Below, in pieces: positions 36,227 through 48,700 of a stretch of 64,000 nucleotides of DNA. Position numbers and translations under genes: made by a program. This stretch comes from Guillardia theta CCMP2712 (Eukaryota; Protista; Cryptophyta), in assembly GCF_000315625.1 (NCBI RefSeq), contig NW_005434569.1, positions 89,349 to 153,348 of the forward strand, in the 5' to 3' direction. How positions within the stretch are numbered: position 1 is the stretch's first letter; each line of letters starts with the position of its first letter. Under the pieces are notes generated by a model. That model saw only the letters and a list, made by a program, of their open reading frames with translations. It made no database searches and was not told the DNA's origin.

Positions 36227-37497
36227 GCATCTTGACATGTAGTACGCGAAGGGTGGAGTTCATGCTGGTTGAGTGGAGTGAAGTCAGCCATGGGAGGCGC
36301 AGTTGCAGGACATGGGGGGAAAGATTTTCTACAGAATCAACGCAGTATGATTTCTGTCGCAACTGTGTGCTGACTGTAGTTGTAGAGACTGCCTGGAGAC
36401 AGCGCTTTGGGAGCAACTTTGAACTTCAGTGGGATTCATCCCAGCTTGAATACAATGGGGTTCATCGTACAGCTGGTATCAACGAGCAATCGCCTACACC
36501 AATCTCTGATTCAGGGAGGGAGAACCTTGGCAGGAAGGTTTGATATTGAGAAGTAGAATCAGATGATTGGCGTGGCGTGGTATCAAGCTTCTTCTCCCGA
36601 AGACTGTTCAAGGAACTCTAGGTCAAGTCAAGCAGGTTAGGATGTGAAGCCTTCCATCATGATCGCAAGATACAAGACCTATGATCGCAAGAATTGAAAT
36701 GAGAATTGAAATTGATGAAAAATCGGCCGTTGAGAAATTGAGAAATCGAAAATGAAGAGATGATTGATGGGAAAGGCAAATGAAAGAAGATCATATGGTC
36801 AATATGAGAATTGAAATGAAAAGATTTCAAATGAAATCTCAAGAGCTCTCAGGTGATATGGCGCCAAATCAATCTTTCATACCGCGGTTAGATAGCGATT
36901 TGTTAGAAGGGCCCGTAGAGCAGGATAGTTAGGACAAACACATTGGTCATGAATGGTGGACATCATTGGGTGGAAAATTTGGATTGAGAAAGTCAGATGG
37001 GTGACAATTGAAATCGATGGGATTTGAAGCACAATGATGGGATGGATGACTAGATGATCAGAAAGGTGTCTGGGGAGCCTGACTGATCAGAGGGGAAGCC
37101 TGACGAACAAGTGCAGTGCGGCACAGTCGAGTTCAGGTGGTGGAGGAGTGTTGATGGTACTGACGAGGTTTCTATGAAGGAGAGTGTGTAGGTAAAAGAT
37201 GGATGGAGAAGGATCTGGGAGCCTGAGCAAGAAGCAGCTTGGAGCATGGAGGAGGAGATTGCGATTCGGGAGGATGCAGGGTGCAGCTAGCATGGGAGGA
37301 TGCAGGAAGCTTGATGGAGGAAGCAGGGAGCTTGATGGAGGAGATTGGGATCCAGGAAAAGAGCAGGCAGCTTGGAGGAGGAGAGCGCGGTGGTGCAGCT
37401 TGGAGGAGGAGCAGGGAGATGTTTAAAAAGGGGGTGGAGGATGAAGGATGAAGTGGAAAAGGAAGCTGAGAATCTCGCTTAACTTCGTCAGGGAGGG

Positions 37498-37924
37498 TGT
37501 AAGAACTCGGATAAGTTCTTGGAGACGGCGAGAAGTTCAGGGTATTGCGTCTCATCGATGGACGAAGCTCAGCGAGATGGAAGTGGGTTTCGACATAGGT
37601 CTGGAATTAAGGAATCGACGAGCCTGAGGGTCAGGCGGAGAAGAGGGGGTTAGGAGGACACGTGTCCACTGCGCGCTGTGCATTGTACTTGGTTGCAAGG
37701 GACTGAAGGGAAGGTGACTGCTGTGAATAAAGGAAGTGTTGGTGGTGTTGTGTGGTTCTTCTGAGAGTTCTATCACCATCAGTGAAGGTGTTAGAGACTG
37801 CACAGCTGTGTATCGTTGAGGTGAATAAGGTTGGTGTAAGGATCTCAGGTGTACTGAGAATTAGTCTTTGGTGGATCTTGGGTTAAATAGATTCTGGCCA
37901 GTGAGGTGGAGGTTGATTCGATTA
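37498..37924 (+). repeat. Copia 3' LTR, lacking the terminal CA
   Basis: Ends gattcgatta|ggcat, whereas the 5' LTR ends gattcgattaCA. Confidence 0.93.
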
Positions 37925-38507
37925 GGCATAGCTGAGATGCAGTTCCAATGGTGGAATCTGAATGACATCAAGTTAGCAACCTCAGGCCTCCCGCCTCCAT
38001 ATCACCCTCATCCTCATCCTCTTGATACAACAACGCCGACGACAACAATTTTACCTTAACGTCGAGCTTGAAATCTTCGATAACATCTCTGATCTTATCT
38101 CTGTACTGACCCGTATGTATACCCATAGTTGTGCTTCCACACAGCATCCATGCTCTTGATGTACATGCGCAAGCTGCTCAGACAGTCAGACAAGCGCACT
38201 TCCAAGGTACACCAAGAGCGTACCCGTAGATCTCTTTCGTTGCCGTGACTATGTCGTTATACTGGAACCATTGGAACTGTGTCATGCGGCACAGCAGGGT
38301 AAGCAGTACTACCCCAGCAGCCCACACGTCCACTGCTGTGGTCTGGCACTGCATGCCCATGAGCACTTCGGGCGCTCGGTATTCCCGAGTTCCCGCGCGG
38401 TTGACTGGACGTTCGAATTTGACCCCTGAGTTCCTCACTGTCACCGATGCGTTCGTCTTGCTGACGCCCAACATGATCCGCCTCTTCGCCGCCATCTGCT
38501 GCGCCAT
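37925..38507 (-). pseudogene. Cdc7-like Ser/Thr kinase C-lobe fragment
   Basis: NRAGTREYRAPEVLM..QTTAVDVWAAGVVLLTLL matches Cdc7 subdomains VIII-IX (RAGTxGFRAPEVL). No N-lobe, HRD or DFG upstream; the 3' exons run into the LTR. Confidence 0.65.
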
Positions 38508-39067
38508 CTCTAGCTTCTACTGCTCCTTTTGATTCCGCGAGGAGCGAGAGCTGGCCGTAGAAACCTCACGAGAGCTGGCCGTAGAAACCAGACTGTATGC
38601 TAGAATATGAAACTCAAGCATCATTGCAACGCCGCTTCCGACATCACACGGACGGTACGGCCCGGTACCGCCGGGCATTGCCGCCGCGTGCCGCTCTGGC
38701 TCGGAACTTGAACCGTTGACTCACCGGCGCCGCCCGGCCGTAAGCCTGGGACGGCCCGGTCCGGTCACCAGTGTTGCATTACGTCATGATCTTGGATTTT
38801 CGGCATTTTCTTCCGGCAGTGGGTTGTCTTCAATCGAGAACAAAAGTAGGGTGGGGTAGTTGTATAAGTATTCTACGTTTGCTGCTCTGGTACAAATTAC
38901 ATGTTTTTAACAATTTCAAATCGATTTCAAAGCCTCTGAAATCTTCAAATCCCTAGCCCGAGCCATCCACACGCCGCGCATGTCGCCACTTCAGGCTTGC
39001 ACGCCGGCACGTCTCCCCATGACCTTGGCACGCAGTACACTGAAAGAGGACCCAGCGTGACGCCATA

Positions 39068-40183
39068 ATGGCAGCTGTCCGCATTCGTTTGCAACGAGCA
39101 GCTGCTCAGGCAGGACTGAATGTTCGACGATCGAATGAGATAGAGTTCTCGCGGTTGGAAAGATCAAAGCCTGACCTTATAACCCATGGAGTTCCTGAAT
39201 GTATCAAACAGCCCCTGGCAGTGGAGCGAAGACTCGAGGTGTCAAGTGGTATACAATGGACAGATGAACGTATTCAAATATCCTTGAATATTGGTCCAGG
39301 GATTGGAATCGTGTACCCAGATGCTGGAAATGGCTCGAGAAGACTTGGAATAGTCAAGCGTGTTGACATTCAAACATCAATGTTTGAAGTTTATATGCTA
39401 TATGATCGGAGCCTGCTTAAGAGCGTTGATTCAAATTTGATATCTGAGCATATGCCCAACCACCAAGTATCTCATTTCACCCGACAGCTCAAAGACAATC
39501 AGTGCCTGCAATCCGTATATTGTGAAACTGTTAAGATCGATGAGGTCCAGGATGTGTTCCAGGTGAAGTACCCAGTATATCAGCTTCCAGATCATGAAAA
39601 TGATGAGAAGGTGGTATATGTCATTGGTTACATACATTTTTGTTCAGAATACATCGGAAAGCAAAAGTACTGTGAATGCGCCATTTTTTCAATTTCAAGT
39701 CCTCGTGATTTTATTGAGAAAATGATGCGAATGTCAAGTGCTACTGAGAGGTATTTTGTCATACACCAGGATCTTGCTGCTTTCAAAAATCAGTTGTTCA
39801 AATGGTTGGTGGCAAGGGGATCATCGCGAGAGAAGAAGAGGACAAAGCAGTTAGAGTTCTCTTGCGTCGATGTTTCTATAAGCAGTACTACCGCATCTTG
39901 TCACTTGTTCCGGAGGCTTTACGACCACTTCTGAAGGTAAAACGTCAGCAGACAAGCTACAAGTGGTACATTTGCTGTGGAGATTCCTACAAGAGCCTGT
40001 CCGAAACCTTTGCCAAATCTGAGTCGAGTATATGTAATCTTACCGATGATGCTTGTTTGCAAGAGAAATTCACTGGTCGTTTCTTTTCATTCAATGCAAG
40101 GTCTTGACGGTTTTGGAGACGTCGAGTGGACGGCTCCCTCGAGATCAGAAAAACAGAAAAACCGGCGAGGTTCTAAGGTTTGA
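39068..40183 (+). CDS. Transposon-borne protein with a putative BAH-like domain; apparent frameshift near 39870, 3' end uncertain
   Basis: 288-aa ORF; LGIVKRV..FEVYMLYDRSLL..QCLQSVYCETVKIDEVQDVFQVK..VYVIGY follows the BAH strand pattern. Coding-like continuation FYKQYYRILSLVP... in the -1 frame. Confidence 0.5.
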
Positions 40184-40259
40184 TAGCAGTCCATGCTCAG
40201 CCGCGCGGTGGATATGTTGAGACTTAATCTGCTTATGCCATATTTATTAGATTTTGGTC

Positions 40260-43219
40260 TTACACTTGTACATCCTCTAAATCATTTACAAAATCGCACA
40301 AGGCAAATGAGATTGTTAGAGATTCCACCAAGATGTCTATGCCTCTGCCTCTGCTATAATCGTTGTCATATACAACTTCTTCAGGCTCGTACGGAATTCC
40401 GTCGGCAGCGCACTGTGCCTGCTTCTCACGCTGTTCTTTTCTCGTTCGAGTCATATCTTGAATTATACTTTTTCTCCACAGCAACCTCCCTAGTTGCTGG
40501 CAAACAAAAGTTCAGCCAAAAGTCTATGACAGATGAAATAATGCAATTACCTTGTGTCTCGCCTCCACAGTTTCCATACTTGACAGAGATAGGGTGGTCC
40601 CAAATTCTTCAATGTGCACTTTGAAGAGTTTTGCAAGGTGACCTTGAGCGATGAAATGAAAATAAACTGCAGAGAACATATCTTTGTCTCCTGTCAAAAC
40701 TGGATATCGAATAGCAAAAGAGTTCAGTCTTTTGGGTAAACTGTCGATCTCCTCCTTGCTCAGTTCATGAAAATGCTTTTTCGAAAGCGTTTTGTCTATC
40801 GAACACCAATTTCGAAAAATATCCTTGCAATACACCTGCTTGTCTGGATCCGTCGGGTACAATACCTCCATCACCCCAGGCAATACGTTTTCTTGAAACT
40901 TGATGCACCGTACCCCATCCAAGTTGGGCATTACATACTCGTCGGTCTTGTATTTGTACTTGATGTTGTGGTTGTCGAAAACCTTCAAGACTGCGTCCAC
41001 CTTCGTGGGCCCGTTCTTCTTGGCCACTTTGAAAATCCATCTCAAAAACATCTGGTCAATTCTCATTCTGTTATGAAGCAGGCAGGCAACAAGCATTCGC
41101 AGCACGTCGTCGCCGAAGAACTCAAGCATGTCGGAGTCCCGCGCTTCTGCGTCATTCTGTCTCAAAACCATGACTCGCTGACCTTGTTCAAGTCTTCCAG
41201 AGTCTTTCGTAGTTTCCATCTGATGCACGTCTTCAGAAGTTATTTTTCCATCATTTTCTATTTCTCCATCATTTCCTGTTACATGCGTACAGCTTTGAAT
41301 AAATTCTCTCTGTGATGCAGACATGCTTGGATCATTTAGGACCCCGAAGTCTCCCGCATCGATATCTCTTGATTCACAAAAATCTGCAAGAGATGTTCTT
41401 TCGGCGATTGGCTCAATTTTGAAAATACGATGCCTTTCCTTCGTGCTTTCTTTGCAGTATATACAACAGTGTGCATCTCGTATTCCTGCCAAGGTCAAAC
41501 TTAGTGAGAGGACAAAACAATGGATGGTCGTACCTTTGATGTTGAAGAGGCCCCAGAGTCCTTTGAGATCAGCCTTCACGTGAAACGTAATGGTGATAAC
41601 CTTCTCAGGATAACTCTCTGCCTCGGTAGTGGTCTTCTCACGTCCACCTAGACAGCTCAGATTCCCATGCTTGTCGGTGTAGAAATGCAGGCCACCTTGT
41701 ATGGTTTTTCCATCTTGAGTCTTGTAATTCTTTCTGATTTCCTGAATGCTTTGTTTATATGGGTGAACAATGTTTTTCTGAATTTTATCTGCAGAGTCTT
41801 CGCCGCTCACGACAGCAAACGTTACTAAACATTCTTGATTCTTATTTCGTTTTTCCTGTTTGAACCGATACTCGCGTATGATGGGAGTGTCTTCGTTCCA
41901 GCGTGCACTTAAGCACAAAGTAACTTCTGTATGAGACGAGTCACTCTGCGCAGATTTTCCCGTCCTGCACCCGTCATATGAAATCCAAGCATCAAGGCTA
42001 TCTGCAGTTGCTATTTCGGGACATTCGGCAATAACTTGCATGTACTTCATTTCCAGGGCGAGTGCAATAGGAACCCCCTTTCCGTCAGGCAAGTCGATGA
42101 TAGGAAGCTTCTGTCTAATCAACGACTTCATACTTCTTGCCTTCTTGGAGACCGAATCATAGGATGGGAAAAATCCAGACCGTTTACATCCACTCAACTT
42201 TGCTTCCGAAGCATTATCTGCATCTTTCTCAAGGCAAGTAGTCGCTTTTCGCATTATCTTGCAAGTCTGTCGTAGCTGTTTGTCAGTCATCTGCATTTTG
42301 AGGCAATCGATAGCCACAGAGTCAACTGTTGGACTTATTGAAGATGCGATCTCGTTCACTGCCCTAAGCACCGAGTGGTCCTTGCGTGCATTGTCAGTCA
42401 AGAAGGGCTTGGTTCCTTGTGCAAATCCTGACAAAAAGGTGGGAAAGAAGAACATGGATGGTTTGCTTGCTATTGTACACATTTCCCCAAAAAGTCTGGC
42501 GACGCATGAATCTTTAGCCCCACTAATTTGTTTCAAACATCGCTCAAAAACATCGGAAACAGGTGTGAACTGCTTCCACATCTTCGTAAGGCAGCTTCGT
42601 TTGGCATCGACCCATTCGGGCTCATCTGGAATCGAGTCAAAAGAATGAAATGCATGTCCTTCTTGCTCCGGGCATACACTATGCCAGATAGTGTCGAAAT
42701 CAACAGTTGGGTCGAAAACTTGGTTTTTCTGCATCAGATCCTTTAAATCGAAATAATCCAGTAGCGCTTTCCCGATGACAGACTGTTCTGATAGTAAGAA
42801 ACCTTCACCACAAGCATCGACGAAGCCTTTCACATCGGGCAACCCATCTTTATCGTAGAATTTTTCCACAGATGCCAAAACTGCTAGACCATTGTATGAG
42901 CCATGCTTGATTCGTATGCGGAGGTCTTTGGCTAGTTTGGGAACATTTTTTTCAAACGCGAACAGCCAGCGAACAGATGTTTTCAGGGCATTGATGATGA
43001 TCTCAAAGGATGAAGTACGAACAGGTGTAGTTGCAAAAATCGACCGATCAACTCGTCCATATCTTCACGGTCCAAAGGACGGGCGGCGCCGCGGGCGGTC
43101 CAAGGACATGGAGGAGCTGCATGGTTCCCCCTGCCAGAGACAAACTCGGCCCGCTTCAGAGCTCTTGGTGCCGACGAGCAAGCTTGGGGGGGGTCTTGAG
43201 ATGCACTCATTGCAAGCAT
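40260..43219 (-). CDS. RAG1-core/Transib/Chapaev-like DDE transposase; introns 41486-41533 and 40497-40550, apparent frameshift at 43035-43039
   Basis: Ordered motifs SYDG (D 41973-5), KADLK (D 41568-70), CIYC, CLLHNRMRI, LDG, YFHFIAQGH and SMETVEARHK (E 40563-5) parallel RAG1 D600, D708, CTLC, LHCDIG, MNGN, YFHKTLAH and SEGNESGNK (E962). Confidence 0.8.
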
Positions 43220-43763
43220 TGTTGTAATCAAAGCATCAGACTTGAAAAAGATAGATCATGTTTCGTGAGACAGGTTGGTAATACATGTCTACAAGCAAAT
43301 TGGCGGCAAAATATATACCAGACTGGAGGGCACCCACCCCATGAAATGACCACATCAATTCCTATCACCCCTATCTAGCACTCAAAGTCTCTGTTATAGG
43401 TGTGGGTGGGCATTTGAAATTCGGTGTCAGGGGTAGGTGGGATCCCAAGTTGCTCCCACCACCCACCCTTTGCTGATTCGAACTTTGTGTTTCTCCACCT
43501 ACCAATACTCAAGGAGCAGTCCGTTAGTCAAATAGGGGGGTACAAAAGGGAGACACGGGGACTACCCCTGTACTCATCACGAATGTGTCTGGTCTGGTCT
43601 GAACACGTTCACAGACCACAATTCTGTTTCTCGCCAGGGAGTAACTACCCTACCCTGCAACATCCTTTATTTTCCACCGGTCCAACTAGACTTCATGAAC
43701 CCTACCTGTTCTGTGACTATCATGATGGGGTCCCATGATGCGTGAGAGAGTCATGTCCACCCG

Positions 43764-43826
43764 ACACGCCGGCACGTCGTCCTCTACACCGCCGGCACGT
43801 CGTCCTCTACACGCCGGCATGTCGCC
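43764..43826 (+). repeat. Three copies of ACACGCCGGCA(C/T)GTCG, 22-23 bp unit
   Basis: Visible; related copies at 38969-39018. Confidence 0.85.
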
Positions 43827-44997
43827 AATAGAACACCAGCATGAAGCGGGCCGCCGCTGCGAGCTTGGCGTCATAGTGACATGCAAAGAGGTTACAAGCC
43901 TTGGTTGCTGAGGAGTGATTTAGGTTGCAACGATAGTGAATGACTGGAACAGCGTTCACATGCCATGGTGAGTATCATGCCGGCCTGGCTTCAAGCTCAG
44001 CTCCTTTGGAATGATCATCGGATCACTGCCGAACGATTCTTTGTAGCCTGGAATCCTGAGTTGCTTTGGTGAGATGTTTGTTGAGTTGGAAAGAAGCTGA
44101 AGTAGTTGCCAAGCCGCTTCATTGCAAGCACTGAGTTGAGATTTTCACTGGCTATCTGCACTTCATGATTTGAAATTTCTGTGGCGATGTGCAAGAAGTG
44201 GATCAATGTAAACAGTGAATCGGTGTAAACGTGTTAAGATTTTCATTTGTTGCAATCTTTACATGAATGCTGCTGCTCATGATTCATCTCATGTCTGACT
44301 GTACATGCAGAAAAATTGGCGGTAGGTACGATTGTTGCCAGGCCGCTGTGCTATTTGGAATGCAGGCAGTATGCTGGTTTGGCTTCTTATGAATGAGACC
44401 TTCGAAGCATCGGAGATTGATTTCGATACCTGGAGATAGTGCCAAACATCAACCTTGCCTGCTTTGTGAATCAATATCATAGTATGACCCACCCGCTGTA
44501 CAGAGGCCATTGGCAAAGTCGGGTGGCAGAAGTACATCTCAGTCACGGTATAAATGTCCAACTTCTCATCCGATGATGATTCGCACTAGGATCTCATTGC
44601 TAGAATCCCATCGATGCGCTGCTGTCACAATTAAAGTGTGTTCAAATTACAATCTATCAAGATAAACTCCCTGTGATGACAAGACACAGTGCCATCAATG
44701 CAACGAACTGCAATCAGCAAACGGTAGAACAAGTCACTGAGTGTCAAAGGGCTTGATGCAGCGCAGGCTGCGGTACTACCTTCCACATAATTTCGTCATC
44801 CTCCTTTCCACCGTCGGTCGGGCTATCTAAATGGCAGAAGCTTGATTCAATCATTACAGGATGGCTACTGCAACAAGATTTTTCATCGAAGTCTGCAGCA
44901 CTTCATCTGATTCAAGTTGTCACCAATGAAAAAACTGTAGCAATGATTCAGCTTTCATTGGTCTCACTGTCACACGGCCCGGCCTGCCAGATGTACC

Positions 44998-45632
44998 TGT
45001 CAGAGCTCATAGGAACCGAGCCCGAGTCAGACAAAGGCCTATCAGGATGAAAGGACAGGTGGCTGTCTCGTACTCGTGTTCGAAGCTGACTTCTCCTGGA
45101 TGACCCAGGATACTCTACTCCAGTGTGAAGCTGCTGAAAGGACCCCTGTGGAGGCCTTTGTTGCAGCAACCGTGTACCCGTGGGGGACTTACAAGGTAAA
45201 CAGAAGGGGTGCGTCTTGTGCAGTACGACCCGTTGGAAACAGCTTGCTGCCATGCAAGGACGGGGTTCTCTTCCCTGCGAGAGAGCATGGTATCCTCTCG
45301 AAGGTCAGAAGGGATGCTTGTCAACTTCCAAGAACAGGACACCCCTCCTTTCTGTAGCCAAGAGACGGCACCCCTGGCTCATTCCTCGAAGCTATAAAAG
45401 GATGAAACTCGTCAGAGCTAGGTGGTCCTCTTCCCCTTTCGTGTGTGTGCCACGATTGTTGAGACGTCTTTGTGTGTATCGTCTTGTCTTGTTTTGTGTG
45501 TGTGTGTGAAAGAAATAAAAGAGAGTTAGATCTCCTTCTGTTTCACCGCTTTCCCTCTTAGTAGAGAAATCCAACGTGAGTTCTTATTGAACTGCGCTTG
45601 AAGGTCCACTCGAGAATCTTCGAGGTGTGACA
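44998..45632 (+). repeat. Gypsy 5' LTR
   Basis: Direct repeat of 50897-51531; contains TATAAAA and AATAAA. Confidence 0.97.
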
Positions 45633-45737
45633 TAAAATTGGTAGCAAGGTTGTGATCGGTGATAGAGATCGATTCTTCTCTCTTCCCCTCCCTTTCTCCA
45701 CTGTTCTTCTGCTTCTTCCTACGCTTACGTCGCGTAG

Positions 45738-48700
45738 ATGTCCGGATACAATACTCGACTCGCAGCTCGCATGCTGGACGAGAATGCTACGGATACTTTG
45801 GAACATGACTGGCAATCTGCTGCCGGCATTGACGACGATCTTCGTCCCGAATCGACCGAGGATCGGTCGCTCCAAAACATGTCTGCCGCGCTGCTGGAGG
45901 TTCAGCAGCGGTTGAACGCTCTCGAAGCTCCTGCTTCTTCTGAGGCGGTCCCGCCCGCCGCTCTCAAGCCTGGACCGCCCCCCATCTCCTCGCGTGACGG
46001 TCCTCAGCTGGTCTCTCTGGCTGATCAGCAATTGCTTGCTAAGTTGCGCAATCTCCCCAAGTTGGATACTGCCCGCCAAACTAGCGCCAACAATGTCTTG
46101 ACATGGGTTCAAACCATTCAGTACTCCTTTGCTGTGTATGGTATCCCCCGAGCCAACTGGGTTGTCCATACCCTCGATTTACTGGATGCTCCAGTGCGCC
46201 AACACTTCGTGGCCAAGTACCCGCCAGAGACCTTTCGCCGCATGGAGTGGGATACATTTTCAGAGGAAATTCGTGAAAAATTCCTGCCTCCTCACCTGCT
46301 GTCGAATCTCATTCACCAACTCGACAATTTGAATCAAGACCGTCAGGAATCTCTTGCTTCGTATGCTGCCCGAACCCTGACCTTAATCGAGCAACTTCAG
46401 CTCCTTCCGGATGGTAAATTATTTGCGACGTCCTCACTGGTCTGCAAACGGTTCATTAATGGTGTCCGATCGCATATGACTGCTCTACTCTTGAATCAGT
46501 GGGTGACTCTACAGCGTTCGGATGATGTTGACTTCCGTCAGCTCAGGGAGTACGCGCTCAAGATCGACAATCAGACCAGAACCAAAGAACATTCGACGGG
46601 AGCAGATCCCCACCGGCAGCTCTACTCCGTGCAGGTGGGCAATCGCTCCTCTAATTCTAATGATCGCAAGAGTCGTCCTTCTGGCAAGGCTTCGGCCTTC
46701 AAAGAGCGCCGTGCTGCTCGGCAGGACGCCAGGAGTGCGGGAGACTCCTCGTCCCCAAACACATCGACCAATGCCATCCGTTGTTACAACTGTGGCAAAC
46801 TCGGACATCGATCTTCCGAGTGTCGTCGTACCCGCCGCAGTCAGAGTCCTGAACGTGAGCAGTCGTCCGACTCCTCCTCTCCGCCTCTGCTTGGCGCTGT
46901 TCAGACTTCCGACGACCGCAAGGCTGCTCCGTCCGTTGCAGCTAACAAGATTGCTGCTCGCTCGAAGACGCCTAAGCGCCGTCCTCAGGTGCATTTCTCT
47001 GAAGAACTGGAAGATGAAGTGCCTCTGGACGGTGACGCTCTCGAGGTACACTTGCATCCGATTGCACTCCATTCCCTTGGCTCTCAGGAGCACGGGGCGT
47101 CTTCAGGATCGCTTCTCTATCTGCCCATTGTACCACTCACCTCTCCGGTGCCAGCTACTACTTCCGAGATCCTGGCTTTGCTTGACTCGGGTGCTGAGAT
47201 CAGTGTGATCTCGCGTCAGGTTGCGCGACAGCTCCAACTGACCACACAGCGTATTCCCGCCACGCTTACCGCTCAGTTCGCTCATGGCGACGCCAAGGTC
47301 GTGCTTCGTGAAACCTGTCTCCTGCCGTTTCGCATTGCAGGCACCAATGTTGAAACGCAAGAAACGTTCTTCATTTTGGACTCTCCAGCATCACTGCCGG
47401 CGATCTTGTCCCAACCGTTCATTGCCAAGATGAAAATGAATATCGACTTTCATTCCAAGCTCGTTACTATTCCAGCGCAGGATGGTACTGCGGGGCGTCA
47501 ACGCCTTCCGCTCGCATTTCACATCCCTGGTCCTGGCTCCGCGGCTATGCGGCAAGCCCAGTGTTTGATCTTTCCCTGGCATGCGGACTGGAACACGCTT
47601 CAGCCTCCTCCACCTGAGGATATGATGCCCTGGGTCATGGCGACCGTGTCCTCGCCTGTTTCTACCAGTTCGTTGGTCTCTCAGGTCGCCTCGTCGGCCT
47701 CGCCGCTCGCAGCTCAGGCCTTGCAGGAGCTACTCGAGGACTTTTCCGATGTTCTGGTGGACGAACTACCAATCCAGTCACCTGTCTCGCGGGGGCAGTA
47801 TGACGTTGTCCTTCGGGTTCCTGATGACGTTCGTCCAATTCGTCGTCGTCCCTACCGACTTCCTGCGACGCTCCAGGAGGAGCTCGCTAAAACGATCGAC
47901 TTCTTGTTGGCACGCGGCATCATCGAGCGGAACAATGATGTCATGTGGCAGAGTCCCGTCATCTTTGTTCGCAAAGGTCTTTCCTCTGAAGGAGTCCCTC
48001 AATTTCGTTTTTGTATTGATTATCGAGGAGTCAACAATCACCTCCTCGACGACAGTTTTCCGCCTCCCGTCCCTACCGAGCTCATGGAACGGATCGGGCG
48101 AGTGCTCTCGCAGCGTACTGAGTCCAGTACGGATACCCTCTACTTCAGCAAGCTGGATATGGCCTCAGGATTCTGGCAGCTAGCTCTCACTCCTGACAGC
48201 TCTCAATATACTGGGTTTGTTACTGAACAAGGCTCCTACCAATTCCGCGCTCTGCCCTTTGGTCTGAAAACGGCCACAGCTGCCTTCCAGAAGTTCTCAC
48301 AGGGCATCCTCGCAGGTATGGCCAACGTCTTAGTCTACGTCGATGATCTCTTACTATTTTCCATGGGTAATCCTCGTTCACACCTACAGCAGGTGCGTCT
48401 CCTACTGGAGCGCCTCCGCCACCACCAGGTCTTCGTTAAACGGAGCAAGTGTGTGTTTCTTCAGACGCAGATCAGTTTTCTCGGATATACTTTGAATGCG
48501 CATGGGATTGCACCCGAGGCTAGCAAAGTTGCTGCCATCGAAGATTTTCCGCCTCCTGCATCTGTGAAACAACTTCGCCAATTTTTAGGCCTCGCCAATT
48601 TTTATCGGCGTTTCATCAAGAATTTTGCCAACTATGCTGCACCTCTCTCAGATCTGCTGAAAACCAGTCAACGTCGCTTCGTGTGGACTCGGTCTGCTGA

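Larger units (their letters stand above)
29420..37924 (+). mobile_element. Ty1/Copia LTR retrotransposon, ~8.5 kb
   Basis: Two LTRs of ~428 bp (5 mismatches counted by eye), domain order PR-IN-RT-RH, PPT AGGGAGGG at 37490-37497. No TSD found. Confidence 0.95.

Noticed and set aside
36223-37497. env-like or extra ORF in the long Copia 3' region
   Set aside because: Only short ORFs over low-complexity repeats, with no signal peptide or transmembrane pattern.
39068-40183. True RAG2 orthologue
   Set aside because: No kelch repeats or PHD Cys/His pattern; the resemblance to RAG2 is positional and functional only.
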